A DNA stretch of 64,000 nt from an uncultured Acidobacteriota bacterium (GCA_963738485.1 CAVTWK010000002.1:234869-298868); one strand, 5' to 3'; shown: positions 51,001-59,493, counted from the stretch's first letter. The notes: generated by a model from the letters alone, not told the origin. Made by a program: numbers and translations.

Positions 51001-51663
51001 ATGGCAGCAAAGTGGATCGGCATCGTGGTGGCGACGCTGGTATCGGTGATGACCGGCGGGTGTCTGGTGTACGAACGCATCGACACGATCTATCTCGAGC
51101 CGGGCGGCAGCGTCCGGTGGTCGGTCATCCACAAGGACGTCCGGTCCGATGCCTCGTCGGTGTCGGAGCGGGAGAGCGAGGAACTGCCCTATCTGTTGTC
51201 TGTCCAGGCACAGACGCATGATCTGGCGCGCGGGTTCTGGCAGCTCACGCCCACCGAGGTGCGGGCCCGGCTTCTTCGTTCGAGCCCGCCCTACACCGTG
51301 GTGACCGAAGCCCGGTTCCCCGGACTCGATGTGCTCGGCCAGCGTCTGATCGGGCGCTTTCGCCTGGATGGCTCATCGGTGCTGCGATCGACGCCGGAGG
51401 GCACGCAGTGGACCCTGACGGTGCGGGAACCCGCTGGGCAGGACCGCGGGGACGAGGAGGACGCCGCGCTGCTGGCCCTGGTGCCGGAGCTGGACCGGCT
51501 CTTCCTCGTGCTCAGCGAGGGGCGGTTCGTGGCCGCGGAGGGCTTCGAGATCAGCCGCGACGGGCGTCTCGCCCGGTTCGTGGTCGATCCGTCGATCGAA
51601 ACCAAGGTCAAAGACCGGGCCGAGATCGTGGTCTGGCTGCGGTGGAGCCAGATCTTGAAGTGA
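51001..51663 (+). CDS. hypothetical lipoprotein
   Basis: MAAKWIGIVVATLVSVMTGGC has a lipobox-like LVSVMTGGC. No recognised domain. Confidence 0.6.
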   Translation: MAAKWIGIVVATLVSVMTGGCLVYERIDTIYLEPGGSVRWSVIHKDVRSDASSVSERESEELPYLLSVQAQTHDLARGFWQLTPTEVRARLLRSSPPYTVVTEARFPGLDVLGQRLIGRFRLDGSSVLRSTPEGTQWTLTVREPAGQDRGDEEDAALLALVPELDRLFLVLSEGRFVAAEGFEISRDGRLARFVVDPSIETKVKDRAEIVVWLRWSQILK

Positions 51664-51688
51664 CCCCCCTGCGATAGACTGCCGGACC

Positions 51689-53014
51689 ATGAGCGAATCG
51701 ATCGGATCGTCCGGCAAGGGCATGAAGCTGCACACCAAGATCCTGATCGGCCTGGCCCTGGGCCTGCTGGTCGGCGTCGCCACGAACCTCACGGTCGGCG
51801 CCGATCACCGTGGCGTCACCTGGGTGAACACCTACGTCGCGGGCCCGGTGGGCCAGGTGTTCCTGCGCATGCTCTTCATGGTCGTCATGCCGCTGGTCTT
51901 CGCGTCCATTTCACTCGGCATCGCGGGCCTCGGTGACATCCGGAAGGTCGGGCGCGTCGGCGGCAAGGCGATCGGCTACTTCCTCGCGACCACGGCCCTG
52001 GCGGCGACCCTCGGCCTGGTCGTCGTCAACATCTCGGCGCCCTGGGAGCGGGTGACGCCGGAGACGCGGACCGCGCTGATGACCCGGTTTGCCGACGACG
52101 CCTCCACGCGCGTGCAGGCGGCAGCCACGACCGCCCAGTTCGGCCCGGAGACGTTCGTCAACATCGTGCCGCGCAACCCGATCGATGCGGCGGCGAAGAC
52201 CGATATGCTGGCCGTCATCTTCTTTGGAGTCATGTTCGGGGCAGCCCTGACGTTGATGGAACCGGCCCGTGCCAAGCCAATGATCGACTGGCTCGAGGCC
52301 CTGAACGACGTGGTGGTTCACATCATTCACTTCGCCATGCGGCTGGCACCGTACGGAGTGGCAGCCCTGATCTTCACCGTGTCGTCGCGGTTCGGGTTCG
52401 ATCTGATGATCGCGGTGGCCGCCTTCGTGGCCACGGTGCTCGTCGCGCTGCTGCTGCACGTCGTGATCACGCTCTTCCTGATCATCCGGTTCGGCATCGG
52501 GCTCTCGCCCTTCACGTTCGTCTCGCGCGTCCGGGCCGCACTCGTCACCGCGTTCTCGACCAGCTCGAGCAGCGCGACGCTGCCCACCGGTCTGGACGTC
52601 GCCGAACTGCAGCTCGGCATCCCCCGGCGCATCGCAGGGTTCGTGCTGCCCATCGGCAGCACGATGTGCATGAACGGCACGGCGATCTTCGAGGGCATCA
52701 CGGTCATCTTCCTGGCCGAGATCTTCGGCATCGACCTGACCCTGCCCCAGATGGCGATCGTCATGGTGATGTCGGTCATCACCGCCGTCGGTGCGGCCGG
52801 CGTGCCGGGCGGGTCGATTCCGCTGCTCGTCGGCATCCTCGTGATGTTCGGCGTGCCAGGCGAGGCCATCGCCATCGTCCTCGGCGTCGATCGGATCCTC
52901 GACATGTCGCGGACGACCGTCAACGTCTTCGGCGACCTGACCGCCGCGGCCTGGGTCGCCCGCAGTGAAAAGGCGTGGACTCCCGCCGACCTGCCGCAGG
53001 GAGTCAGGGAGTGA
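51689..53014 (+). CDS. dicarboxylate/amino acid:cation symporter (DAACS family)
   Basis: FSTSSSSATLP, MNGTAIFEG, VGAAGVPGGS and DRILDMSRTTVNVFGD are hallmark motifs. Confidence 0.9.
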   Translation: MSESIGSSGKGMKLHTKILIGLALGLLVGVATNLTVGADHRGVTWVNTYVAGPVGQVFLRMLFMVVMPLVFASISLGIAGLGDIRKVGRVGGKAIGYFLATTALAATLGLVVVNISAPWERVTPETRTALMTRFADDASTRVQAAATTAQFGPETFVNIVPRNPIDAAAKTDMLAVIFFGVMFGAALTLMEPARAKPMIDWLEALNDVVVHIIHFAMRLAPYGVAALIFTVSSRFGFDLMIAVAAFVATVLVALLLHVVITLFLIIRFGIGLSPFTFVSRVRAALVTAFSTSSSSATLPTGLDVAELQLGIPRRIAGFVLPIGSTMCMNGTAIFEGITVIFLAEIFGIDLTLPQMAIVMVMSVITAVGAAGVPGGSIPLLVGILVMFGVPGEAIAIVLGVDRILDMSRTTVNVFGDLTAAAWVARSEKAWTPADLPQGVRE

Positions 53015-53029
53015 AATGCGCGTCAGGTG

Positions 53030-53250
53030 CTCAAGGGGAAAGTGCCAGAGGTGCTGGCTGGAGCACTTGAGGTGCTGGAGCGAATAGCATGCGAGGTGCT
53101 GGAGCGAAGAGCACTTGAGGTGCTGGCGGGAGAGGCACGTGAGGTGCTGGAGCACGAGCACCTGAGGTGCGGCCGGACATCGCCGTCGGTACGGGGACCT
53201 GAGTGCCTTTCCACCGGGACTTGGGCGTGAGTTCCGGGACGTCTGCGTAA
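53030..53250 (+). repeat. 24-bp tandem repeat built on GAGGTGCTGG (5 copies plus 1 variant), followed by a CCGGGACTT-module block shared with 62.2 kb
   Basis: GAGGTGCTGG at 53048, 53069, 53093, 53117 and 53141; GAGGTGCGG at 53164. CCGGGACTTGGGCGTGAGTTCCGGGAC at 53214-53240 matches 62261-62287 at 25 of 27 positions. Confidence 0.85.
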
Positions 53251-53255
53251 GTCCC

Positions 53256-55055
53256 CTAATCCAGGTGGCCGCGCTCGGAGTCGCCCATCTCGACCGTGCC
53301 GGACGGGAAGTACTCCTTCCAGCGGCGCGTGACGGTGGCGGCCACGTCCTCGCGGCACGTGACCTCCTTCGGATACCAGGGCTTCATGCGTGCGTCGATG
53401 ACGACCGGCGCCGAGTACGCGATGTGGTTGCGCACAACCCGCAGGCCGGCCGCGTGGATGTCTGCCCCGGGCTCGAAGCGCGTGAACGTCGTCCACAGGA
53501 AGTTCATCGGACTCCGCGTCGCGCGCGCCGCATCGTCGCTGATCACCACGAGCGGCCAGCCGGTGAACGCGGGATGCGACGCGAAGCGGGCCGCCGCGCC
53601 CGGTTCGTCCGCATAAGCGGGTGCACTGACGACGAGGCAGCCGCCGCAGAAGACCTGTGCGTCGGCCAGGCCCTGCGGCACATCGGTGGCCGTGAACGAG
53701 CGGGGCAGGTCGCGCACGGCGGGTCCCAGTCCGAGCCAGACGCCCTTCGACCCCTTGTTCACCTCGGGACCGCTGTAGTCGAGCGTGTCCATCGAGAGGT
53801 TCGAGAAGACGTACAGGTCCGTCTCCGGGTTCGAGCGGGCGAGCACGTGCTCGAGCGTCGCGCGGAAGTCCTTGAGATCGACGGTCTGGTCGGTCACCAG
53901 CAGGAACTTGGTGAGGGACAGCTGGCCCTCACCGAGAATCCGGAAGGCACTGGCCATCGCCTCTCGGGCGTAGCGTTGCTTGACGACGGCGGCGGCGAGC
54001 GAGTGGTAGCCCGTTTCGCCGTACGACCATAGCTGCTGCACGGCCGGCATCACGAGCGGGAAGAGCGGCGACAGCAGTTCCTGCAGCAGGTCGCCGATGA
54101 AGAAGTCCTCCTGGCGCGGTTTGCCCACGACCGTGGCCGGGAACATCGCGTCGCGTCGCCGGGCGATCTGCTGGACCTCGAAGACCGGATAGTCGTGCTG
54201 GAGCGAGTAGTAGCCGTAGTGATCGCCGAACGGCCCCTCGGGTCGGCGCACGCGCGGGGCGACCTGGCCGATCAGGGCCAGCTCGGCGTTGGCGACCAGC
54301 GGGTGCGGCCAGGGTCCCTCGGCGAGTCGCAGGCGCTCGCCCGCGATGAGCGAGGCGAGCATGAGCTCCGGCACGTTCTCCGGCAGCGGTGCGATGGCCG
54401 ACAGGATCAGCGCGGGAGGTCCGCCGAGGAACACCGTGACGGGTAACGCCTCGTTGCGCGCTTCGGCGACCTGATAGTGGAAGCCGCCGCCCTTGCCGAT
54501 CTGCCAATGCATCCCGGTGCGCCTGGCGTCGTGCACGTGCAACCGATACATGCCGAGGTTGTGTCCCCGGCCGTCGGGATGCTGGGTGTAGACGAGCGGC
54601 AAGGTGATGAACGGACCGCCGTCCTCCGGCCAGGTCGTCATCGCCGGCAGGCGGTCGAGACGGACATCCGTCGTCACGACCTCGGTGACCGGTCCGCCAC
54701 GGCCGCGCTTGAGGCCGACTTTGAGCAGGTCGCGTCCCACGTCGCGCGCGCCCCAGAGCTTGGCCGGCGTCGGCGGCAGGATCGTCTCGACCAGGTGGAC
54801 GAGGCGCTTGATCAGCTGGAGCGGCCGCGTCCCGAACGCGATCTCCGCGCGGCGTGCGGTGCCAAAGAGATTCGTGACGAGTGGCAGATCCGCGCCTTCG
54901 ATGTTCCTGAAGATCAGGGCCGGCCCGCCGGCGGCGATCACGCGTCGATGAATCTCCGCGGCCTCCTGGACGGCAGACACCGGGGCGCCAATCTCGACGA
55001 CGTCGTGCGAGCGGCGCAGGGAGTTGAGAAACGCGCGCAGATCGGGCAGGGACAT
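53256..55055 (-). CDS. UbiD family decarboxylase
   Basis: About 600 aa. LRAFLNSLRRSHDVVEIGAPVS, GGPFITLPLVYTQHPDGRGHNLGMYRL and FGDHYGYYS. Start chosen at the ATG in frame with the conserved N-terminus. Confidence 0.9.
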   Translation of the reverse strand: MSLPDLRAFLNSLRRSHDVVEIGAPVSAVQEAAEIHRRVIAAGGPALIFRNIEGADLPLVTNLFGTARRAEIAFGTRPLQLIKRLVHLVETILPPTPAKLWGARDVGRDLLKVGLKRGRGGPVTEVVTTDVRLDRLPAMTTWPEDGGPFITLPLVYTQHPDGRGHNLGMYRLHVHDARRTGMHWQIGKGGGFHYQVAEARNEALPVTVFLGGPPALILSAIAPLPENVPELMLASLIAGERLRLAEGPWPHPLVANAELALIGQVAPRVRRPEGPFGDHYGYYSLQHDYPVFEVQQIARRRDAMFPATVVGKPRQEDFFIGDLLQELLSPLFPLVMPAVQQLWSYGETGYHSLAAAVVKQRYAREAMASAFRILGEGQLSLTKFLLVTDQTVDLKDFRATLEHVLARSNPETDLYVFSNLSMDTLDYSGPEVNKGSKGVWLGLGPAVRDLPRSFTATDVPQGLADAQVFCGGCLVVSAPAYADEPGAAARFASHPAFTGWPLVVISDDAARATRSPMNFLWTTFTRFEPGADIHAAGLRVVRNHIAYSAPVVIDARMKPWYPKEVTCREDVAATVTRRWKEYFPSGTVEMGDSERGHLD

Positions 55056-55094
55056 GGGGCAGGGACATGGTAACGCTGGACGTCTGGGCAAATG

Positions 55095-55270
55095 AAGATT
55101 GACCGATCGCGCGATTGAGGATTGATTGAGCGGATTGAGGCTTGGAGGATCGCGTGATTGCAGAGGGCGGCTCGCATCGCCGGGATGCTCTCAATCGCCC
55201 GATCCGCAATCCAGAAATCGTTCAATCAATCCGCAATCAAGAGGTCCCACAATCCTCCGATTGCAGCGGT
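55095..55270. repeat. GATTG-word block (left) facing a CAATC-word block (right); imperfect inverted repeat in the divergent ubiD / rluA-like intergenic region
   Basis: The reverse complement of the left arm (GATCGCGCGATTGAGGATTGATTGAGC, 55105-55131) matches GTTCAATCAATCCGCAATC (55220-55238) at about 17 of 19 positions. Confidence 0.75.
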
Positions 55271-55302
55271 GCAGCACGCGAAATAGTCTATCGTTGACCC
55301 CC

Positions 55303-56031
55303 ATGCTCGACGTGGTGCACGAAGACGCCAACCTGATGGCCGTCAACAAGCCGGCCGGATTGGTGTGCCATCCGTCCAAGGACGGAGAGTGGTCGAGTCT
55401 GGTCGGACGCGTGCGCCTGCACCTGGGGCATCCGGAGGGACGGCTCGTCAACCGTCTCGACCGCGAGACCAGCGGCGTGGTGCTCGTCGCCAAGAGCGCC
55501 CAGGTCGCGAGCGAACTCGGACGCCTGTTCGCCGGGAGTCTCGTCACCAAGATCTACGATGCCATCGTCCATGGACGGCCGGCGCAGGAGACGCTCGTCA
55601 TCGACGGTCCACTGGGCAAGGACGAGGGCAGCGGAATCGTCATCAAGGACTGCGTGCGTCCCGATGGCGCCGCCGCACGCACGGACGTCAGGGTCGTGCG
55701 GGCCCTCGAGCGGCCGGAGGGGTGGTTCTCGCTGGTGGAGGTGCGGCCGCGGACTGGCCGGAAGCACCAGATTCGCATCCACCTGGCCTCAATCGGCCAC
55801 CCGATCGTCGGCGACAAAATCTACGGCGTCGATGAGCGTCTCTATCTCAAGCTGGTGACAGGCGCTCTGGATGACGACGACCGGCGCCGGCTGCTGCTGG
55901 CCAATCACGCGCTCCATGCCCGGTGCCTGGCGTTCGCCTGGCGCGGGCGGGACTGGCAGTTCGACACTGCCGCCCCAGAGGAGTTCCGCGCCTTCGCCGA
56001 AGGGCCGGGGGCGCCCGTGGGGGCGACGTAG
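55303..56031 (+). CDS. RluA-family pseudouridine synthase (no S4 domain)
   Basis: VNKPAGLVCHP, the catalytic motif VNRLDRETSGVVLVAK, and GRKHQIRIHLASIGHPIVGD. Confidence 0.9.
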   Translation: MLDVVHEDANLMAVNKPAGLVCHPSKDGEWSSLVGRVRLHLGHPEGRLVNRLDRETSGVVLVAKSAQVASELGRLFAGSLVTKIYDAIVHGRPAQETLVIDGPLGKDEGSGIVIKDCVRPDGAAARTDVRVVRALERPEGWFSLVEVRPRTGRKHQIRIHLASIGHPIVGDKIYGVDERLYLKLVTGALDDDDRRRLLLANHALHARCLAFAWRGRDWQFDTAAPEEFRAFAEGPGAPVGAT

Positions 56032-56128
56032 GGCGCGTCGCCAGCCGCGGGGAGGTCACCCCCGTCCACCGCGACCGTGTTCATCCCGCCCGGTCGTTGG
56101 CAGTACACTTGATCCGAGTCATTTGCCG

Positions 56129-56572
56129 ATGCGTATGTCCAGTGTCCGTCCCCTGTTTGTCCGCCGCGTGCTCGTCTGCTCCTTGATGACCGTCCTCGTG
56201 GCGGCCAACGGGGCGTGTGACAACACCACCGCGCCCACCACCATCACGTCGCCCGTGACGGAGACCTACGCCGGCAGCTTCCAGCCCGGCGGGGCCGCGT
56301 CGCGGTCCTTCATTGCCGCTCAGGCCGGCGAGGTCAAGCTGCAGCTGCTCTCGACGACGCCGGTGGACATCGTTTACGGCCTCGGCTTCGGCACGGCCGA
56401 CGCGGACGGCCGCAACTGCCGCATCACCGACACGGTGCTGACGGGATTCAGCGCCGATACGCCCCACATCACGAAGACGGTGACCGCGGGCACGTACTGC
56501 GTGCGCGTCCACGACCCCGGCAACCTCGTGCTGACCAACGGCACCTTCGTGGTCAGCATCATCCGGCCGTAG
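56129..56572 (+). CDS. hypothetical lipoprotein
   Basis: Signal peptide/lipobox LMTVLVAANGAC. 147 aa with no recognised domain. Confidence 0.6.
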   Translation: MRMSSVRPLFVRRVLVCSLMTVLVAANGACDNTTAPTTITSPVTETYAGSFQPGGAASRSFIAAQAGEVKLQLLSTTPVDIVYGLGFGTADADGRNCRITDTVLTGFSADTPHITKTVTAGTYCVRVHDPGNLVLTNGTFVVSIIRP

Positions 56573-56576
56573 TCGC

Positions 56577-57278
56577 CTACTTCGCGAAGATCAGGATGTG
56601 CTGGCGAGGGAGCCGGCCGTCCACCTTGACGAAGCGGTACGCCTCGGCTTCGAGTTCGAGACGCGCCTCGGCGACGGTCATCTTGTGCTCCTCGCGGATC
56701 GGCACGCGGGGATCCTCCTTGCGGTATTCGAGCAGCACCAGCAGTCCGCCCGGTTTCAGCGCGGCCCCGATCGCCCGCAGCATCTTCTGGGGCTCGGAGA
56801 ACTCGTGGTACACGTCCACCATGAGGACCAGGTCGAGCGCGCCGGCGGGAAGCCTGGGGTCATCGACGCCGCCCAGGACAGGAGTGATGTTGGCCACGCG
56901 TTCCCGCGCCAGCCGCTGTTTCAGCAGGTCGATCATCTGCGGCTGCACATCGGAGGCGTAGACCCTGCCGGTGTTCCCGACGCGCTGCGCCAGCCGCACG
57001 CTCATGTAGCCCGTGCCTGCGCCCACGTCGGCGACGGTCCACCCCGGCTTGATGCCGAGCGCGTCGAGGGCCCGATCGGGTTCCTCCTCGCGGTCGCGCT
57101 CTTCGCGATCCAGCCAGGCCGCGCCCTGATAGCCCATGACCTGCGCGAACCGCCTGCCACTGACCGGATGCACGCCCGGGGCCGGTGCCTGGCCAAAGGC
57201 CGTCGGCGTCCAGCACAGCGCCACGGCGAGGCCGGCAACGAGCCCGACCAGGGACAGGCGTGACGAGGGAAAGCGCAT
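56577..57278 (-). CDS. class I SAM-dependent methyltransferase with an N-terminal signal peptide
   Basis: Signal peptide MRFPSSRLSLVGLVAGLAVALCWTPTAFGQ, motif I VADVGAGTGYMS, and LKPGGLLVLLEY. Confidence 0.8.
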   Translation of the reverse strand: MRFPSSRLSLVGLVAGLAVALCWTPTAFGQAPAPGVHPVSGRRFAQVMGYQGAAWLDREERDREEEPDRALDALGIKPGWTVADVGAGTGYMSVRLAQRVGNTGRVYASDVQPQMIDLLKQRLARERVANITPVLGGVDDPRLPAGALDLVLMVDVYHEFSEPQKMLRAIGAALKPGGLLVLLEYRKEDPRVPIREEHKMTVAEARLELEAEAYRFVKVDGRLPRQHILIFAK

Positions 57279-57296
57279 GTGCCTACAAGGTTACCA

Positions 57297-57346
57297 ATGA
57301 CCTCGGAGGTATTTGACGGGATTCCGTCAAATACCTCCGAGGTCAT
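57297..57346. repeat. perfect 23-bp inverted repeat (ATGACCTCGGAGGTATTTGACGG / CCGTCAAATACCTCCGAGGTCAT) with a 4-nt loop, in a divergent intergenic region
   Basis: Arms at 57297-57319 and 57324-57346 are exact reverse complements. Confidence 0.9.
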
Positions 57347-57552
57347 GGCGGGAGGGTGTCGGCGGAGCGACACGAGGTCGATGAGCCGACGCTGTTACGG
57401 GCCGTGCGGGCACGCGGGAGCGAGGCGTCTGGCTTCCCCGGCCGCCAGGCCCTGGCATCGCCCTTGCTCCTGAGCGAGGCGTATGTCGAATCTCGACCGT
57501 AACCGGCGCGGCCAGTCAGGTTCAGACCCTGGCCAGGCAGATTGCGAACACC

Positions 57553-58029
57553 GTGGACACCGACAGGAACGGTCAGGTGTCGGTGACGGAGTTCGGCGAC
57601 TTCATCAAGAGCGTGCTGCAGGGCACGACCTCCCTCAGCAGCGCGGCTGCCACCACCACGGCGGGCGGCACGAGGACCGCGGCGGCCACGGCGCTCGGCT
57701 TCACCCCGATGTTCCGCGGCTTCGATGCGTCGCGCGCGCAGAGTGCCATCGGCACGCTGAAGTACGACGCCTACAACGTGCTGCAGGACTACGACCCGCG
57801 GGACACGACCGCCATGCGGCGCGCGTTTTCCGTGCTGAGCACCATGCACCCCGGCCAGTACCAGCTGGACCCCCAGGACAACCTGATGCTCACCGGGACG
57901 TCCGATGGCTACATCGGCGCCCGGCCGGTCAACCGCGACTCGGACTGGTTCAATCGGACCCAGGACTGGTCCTGGGACTGGTTCGCCTACAACGAGGCCC
58001 ATCCTGGACCTCGCGGCGAAGTGACCTAG
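57553..58029 (+). CDS. EF-hand calcium-binding motif protein; true start probably upstream (possible frame break near 57495)
   Basis: DTDRNGQVSVTEFGDFIK fits the canonical EF-hand loop. The entering helix QVQTLARQIANTV lies upstream of the first in-frame start (GTG 57553). An ATG at 57483 is in another frame. Confidence 0.55.
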   Translation: MDTDRNGQVSVTEFGDFIKSVLQGTTSLSSAAATTTAGGTRTAAATALGFTPMFRGFDASRAQSAIGTLKYDAYNVLQDYDPRDTTAMRRAFSVLSTMHPGQYQLDPQDNLMLTGTSDGYIGARPVNRDSDWFNRTQDWSWDWFAYNEAHPGPRGEVT

Positions 58030-58048
58030 GACGACCCGCCACGCGGAC

Positions 58049-58438
58049 TCAGCCGACCGTGACCTTTTTGACGCCGCGCGCCATCAGGATCGCGGGCAGC
58101 CGGGCGCGCTGATCGCCCTGCAGCATCAGCGTCTCTCCCTCGACGGACCCTCCGCACCCGAGCGCGGCCTTCAGCGCCTTGAGCCACTGCTCCTGTTCCG
58201 GCCGCGAGAGCGGCAGCTGCTCGACGACCGTCGCCTCCTTGCCGCCCCGGCCGCTGCGTTCCATGCGGACGACGGCGCGCGGGATCGTGCGGCCACCCGG
58301 CGAGGCTGGAGGCTGGACCTGCGGTGTCGGATCGGGCGCGGTCGCAGGCGTCGGCGGCAGGCGAGCCTTCAGCGCGCCGAGCGAGGCGAACGGGCTGTGA
58401 AACGGCGGGTCGTCTCCCACGTTCGCGGACTCTAACAT
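58049..58438 (-). CDS. yciH: SUI1/eIF1-family translation initiation factor (YciH-like)
   Basis: GRGGKEATVVEQL...LKALKAALGCGGSVEGETLMLQGDQRARLPAILMARGVKK. Confidence 0.85.
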   Translation of the reverse strand: MLESANVGDDPPFHSPFASLGALKARLPPTPATAPDPTPQVQPPASPGGRTIPRAVVRMERSGRGGKEATVVEQLPLSRPEQEQWLKALKAALGCGGSVEGETLMLQGDQRARLPAILMARGVKKVTVG

Positions 58439-58467
58439 GCACCCCGCGGTCCGCCAATCTCTGGCCT

Positions 58468-59103
58468 ATGATGGCGCCTGGGCCCGCCCCTCCCATGCCA
58501 CCACCTTCGCGAATCGCGCGTCAGACGTCCTGGTCCCGGCTGGCCGTGTTCGTGGTCGTCGTGCTTGCGCTGGCCTGGTGGGGGTGGCAGGGCCGGGTGG
58601 CCGCTCCCTCCGGTCCGGATGAGGTGCGGCCGCCGGAGGCCGGCACCGCCACGCCGACCGCACCGCCGGCTGCCGCCTCCGACATTCCCACGCCCGTTCC
58701 GGCGCCGGCCAGTCCCGTCTACGACCTGGCGCGAGACGAGGGCCGGGGCGGCCACACGCTCGCGCGTCACGTCGGGCGGACCGACGCCGACCTCCGCGCA
58801 CGTCTCGCACGAGAACGGGGGATCAGCGCCGCTTCCACCTATCCCGACCGCGCGACGGCCGAGCGTGTGGTCGCCGCGACGCTCGCGCGCGAAGCCGCGC
58901 AGGTGCGGACGTGGTCCTCGCGGCGCGGCGCGCGCCCGAATCTTGCGCTGGACTATCGGGGCCGCACCGGCGCGGTCATTGGACGTAGCCTGCGCCGCGG
59001 TGCACGGGAGCCTGTCGTGTGCATCGACGCGGTTGTCGTGCTGCGGTGGGAGGAGGCCGGCGGCTTCTACGTGCTCACGAGTTATCCCGAGGCCCGGCGG
59101 TGA
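58468..59103 (+). CDS. membrane-anchored protein with a bacterial RNase-A-like (CdiA-CT-type) toxin domain
   Basis: N-terminal TM helix LAVFVVVVLALAWWGW, a Pro-rich linker, then GGHTLARHVGRTDADLRARL...ASTYPDRATAERVVAATL...VVVLRW. This resembles the HTLxRHVG-type RNase_A_bac toxin family, recalled from memory and not searched. Confidence 0.6.
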   Translation: MMAPGPAPPMPPPSRIARQTSWSRLAVFVVVVLALAWWGWQGRVAAPSGPDEVRPPEAGTATPTAPPAAASDIPTPVPAPASPVYDLARDEGRGGHTLARHVGRTDADLRARLARERGISAASTYPDRATAERVVAATLAREAAQVRTWSSRRGARPNLALDYRGRTGAVIGRSLRRGAREPVVCIDAVVVLRWEEAGGFYVLTSYPEARR

Positions 59104-59426
59104 CGGCGAGACGGCTCAAGTCCTTCAGGGCGTTGACCGCGTTCGTCCGTGGCTACCTGCACCAAGACTACGCGCACGTGTCGGGCTCGCCGGCCGCGGC
59201 CCTCGAGGCGTTCTGGCGAGACGCGAGCGATCGCGAGCGGCAGCAGCTCGCGCGCGACCTCGAGGCCCTCAGTCGGCAGCTTGCCGGCGCCGACCCGGCA
59301 AAGGTCATCGACGTGCTCACCGGCCGGTTCGGGAGCGGGTGGCTGCCCGCCGGGCGCGAGGACATCGACCAGCTCGTCGAGACGGCGTCGCGACTGCGCG
59401 CCGCAGACGCGTCCCGGCTCTCGTGA
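59100..59426 (+). CDS. CdiI-like immunity protein (cognate of the upstream toxin)
   Basis: GTG start overlaps the toxin stop (GGTGA). FVRGYLHQDYAHVSGSPAAALEAFWRD...LARDLEAL matches the YFHQDW-type immunity family pattern. Confidence 0.6.
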   Translation: MTARRLKSFRALTAFVRGYLHQDYAHVSGSPAAALEAFWRDASDRERQQLARDLEALSRQLAGADPAKVIDVLTGRFGSGWLPAGREDIDQLVETASRLRAADASRLS

Positions 59427-59493
59427 CCCGCGCCTGCCTCGGGGCCTCGACCGACGGTCACCATGGGCTGCTAGACTAAGCGGCCGCGTCACG

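Noticed and set aside
57279-57373. Mirror-image peptides MTSEVFDGIPSNTSEV encoded on both strands of the 23-bp inverted repeat.
   Set aside because: This is a necessary consequence of a perfect palindrome. The surrounding ORFs (57279..57473 and 57002..57373) are otherwise junk-like and overlap the methyltransferase gene.
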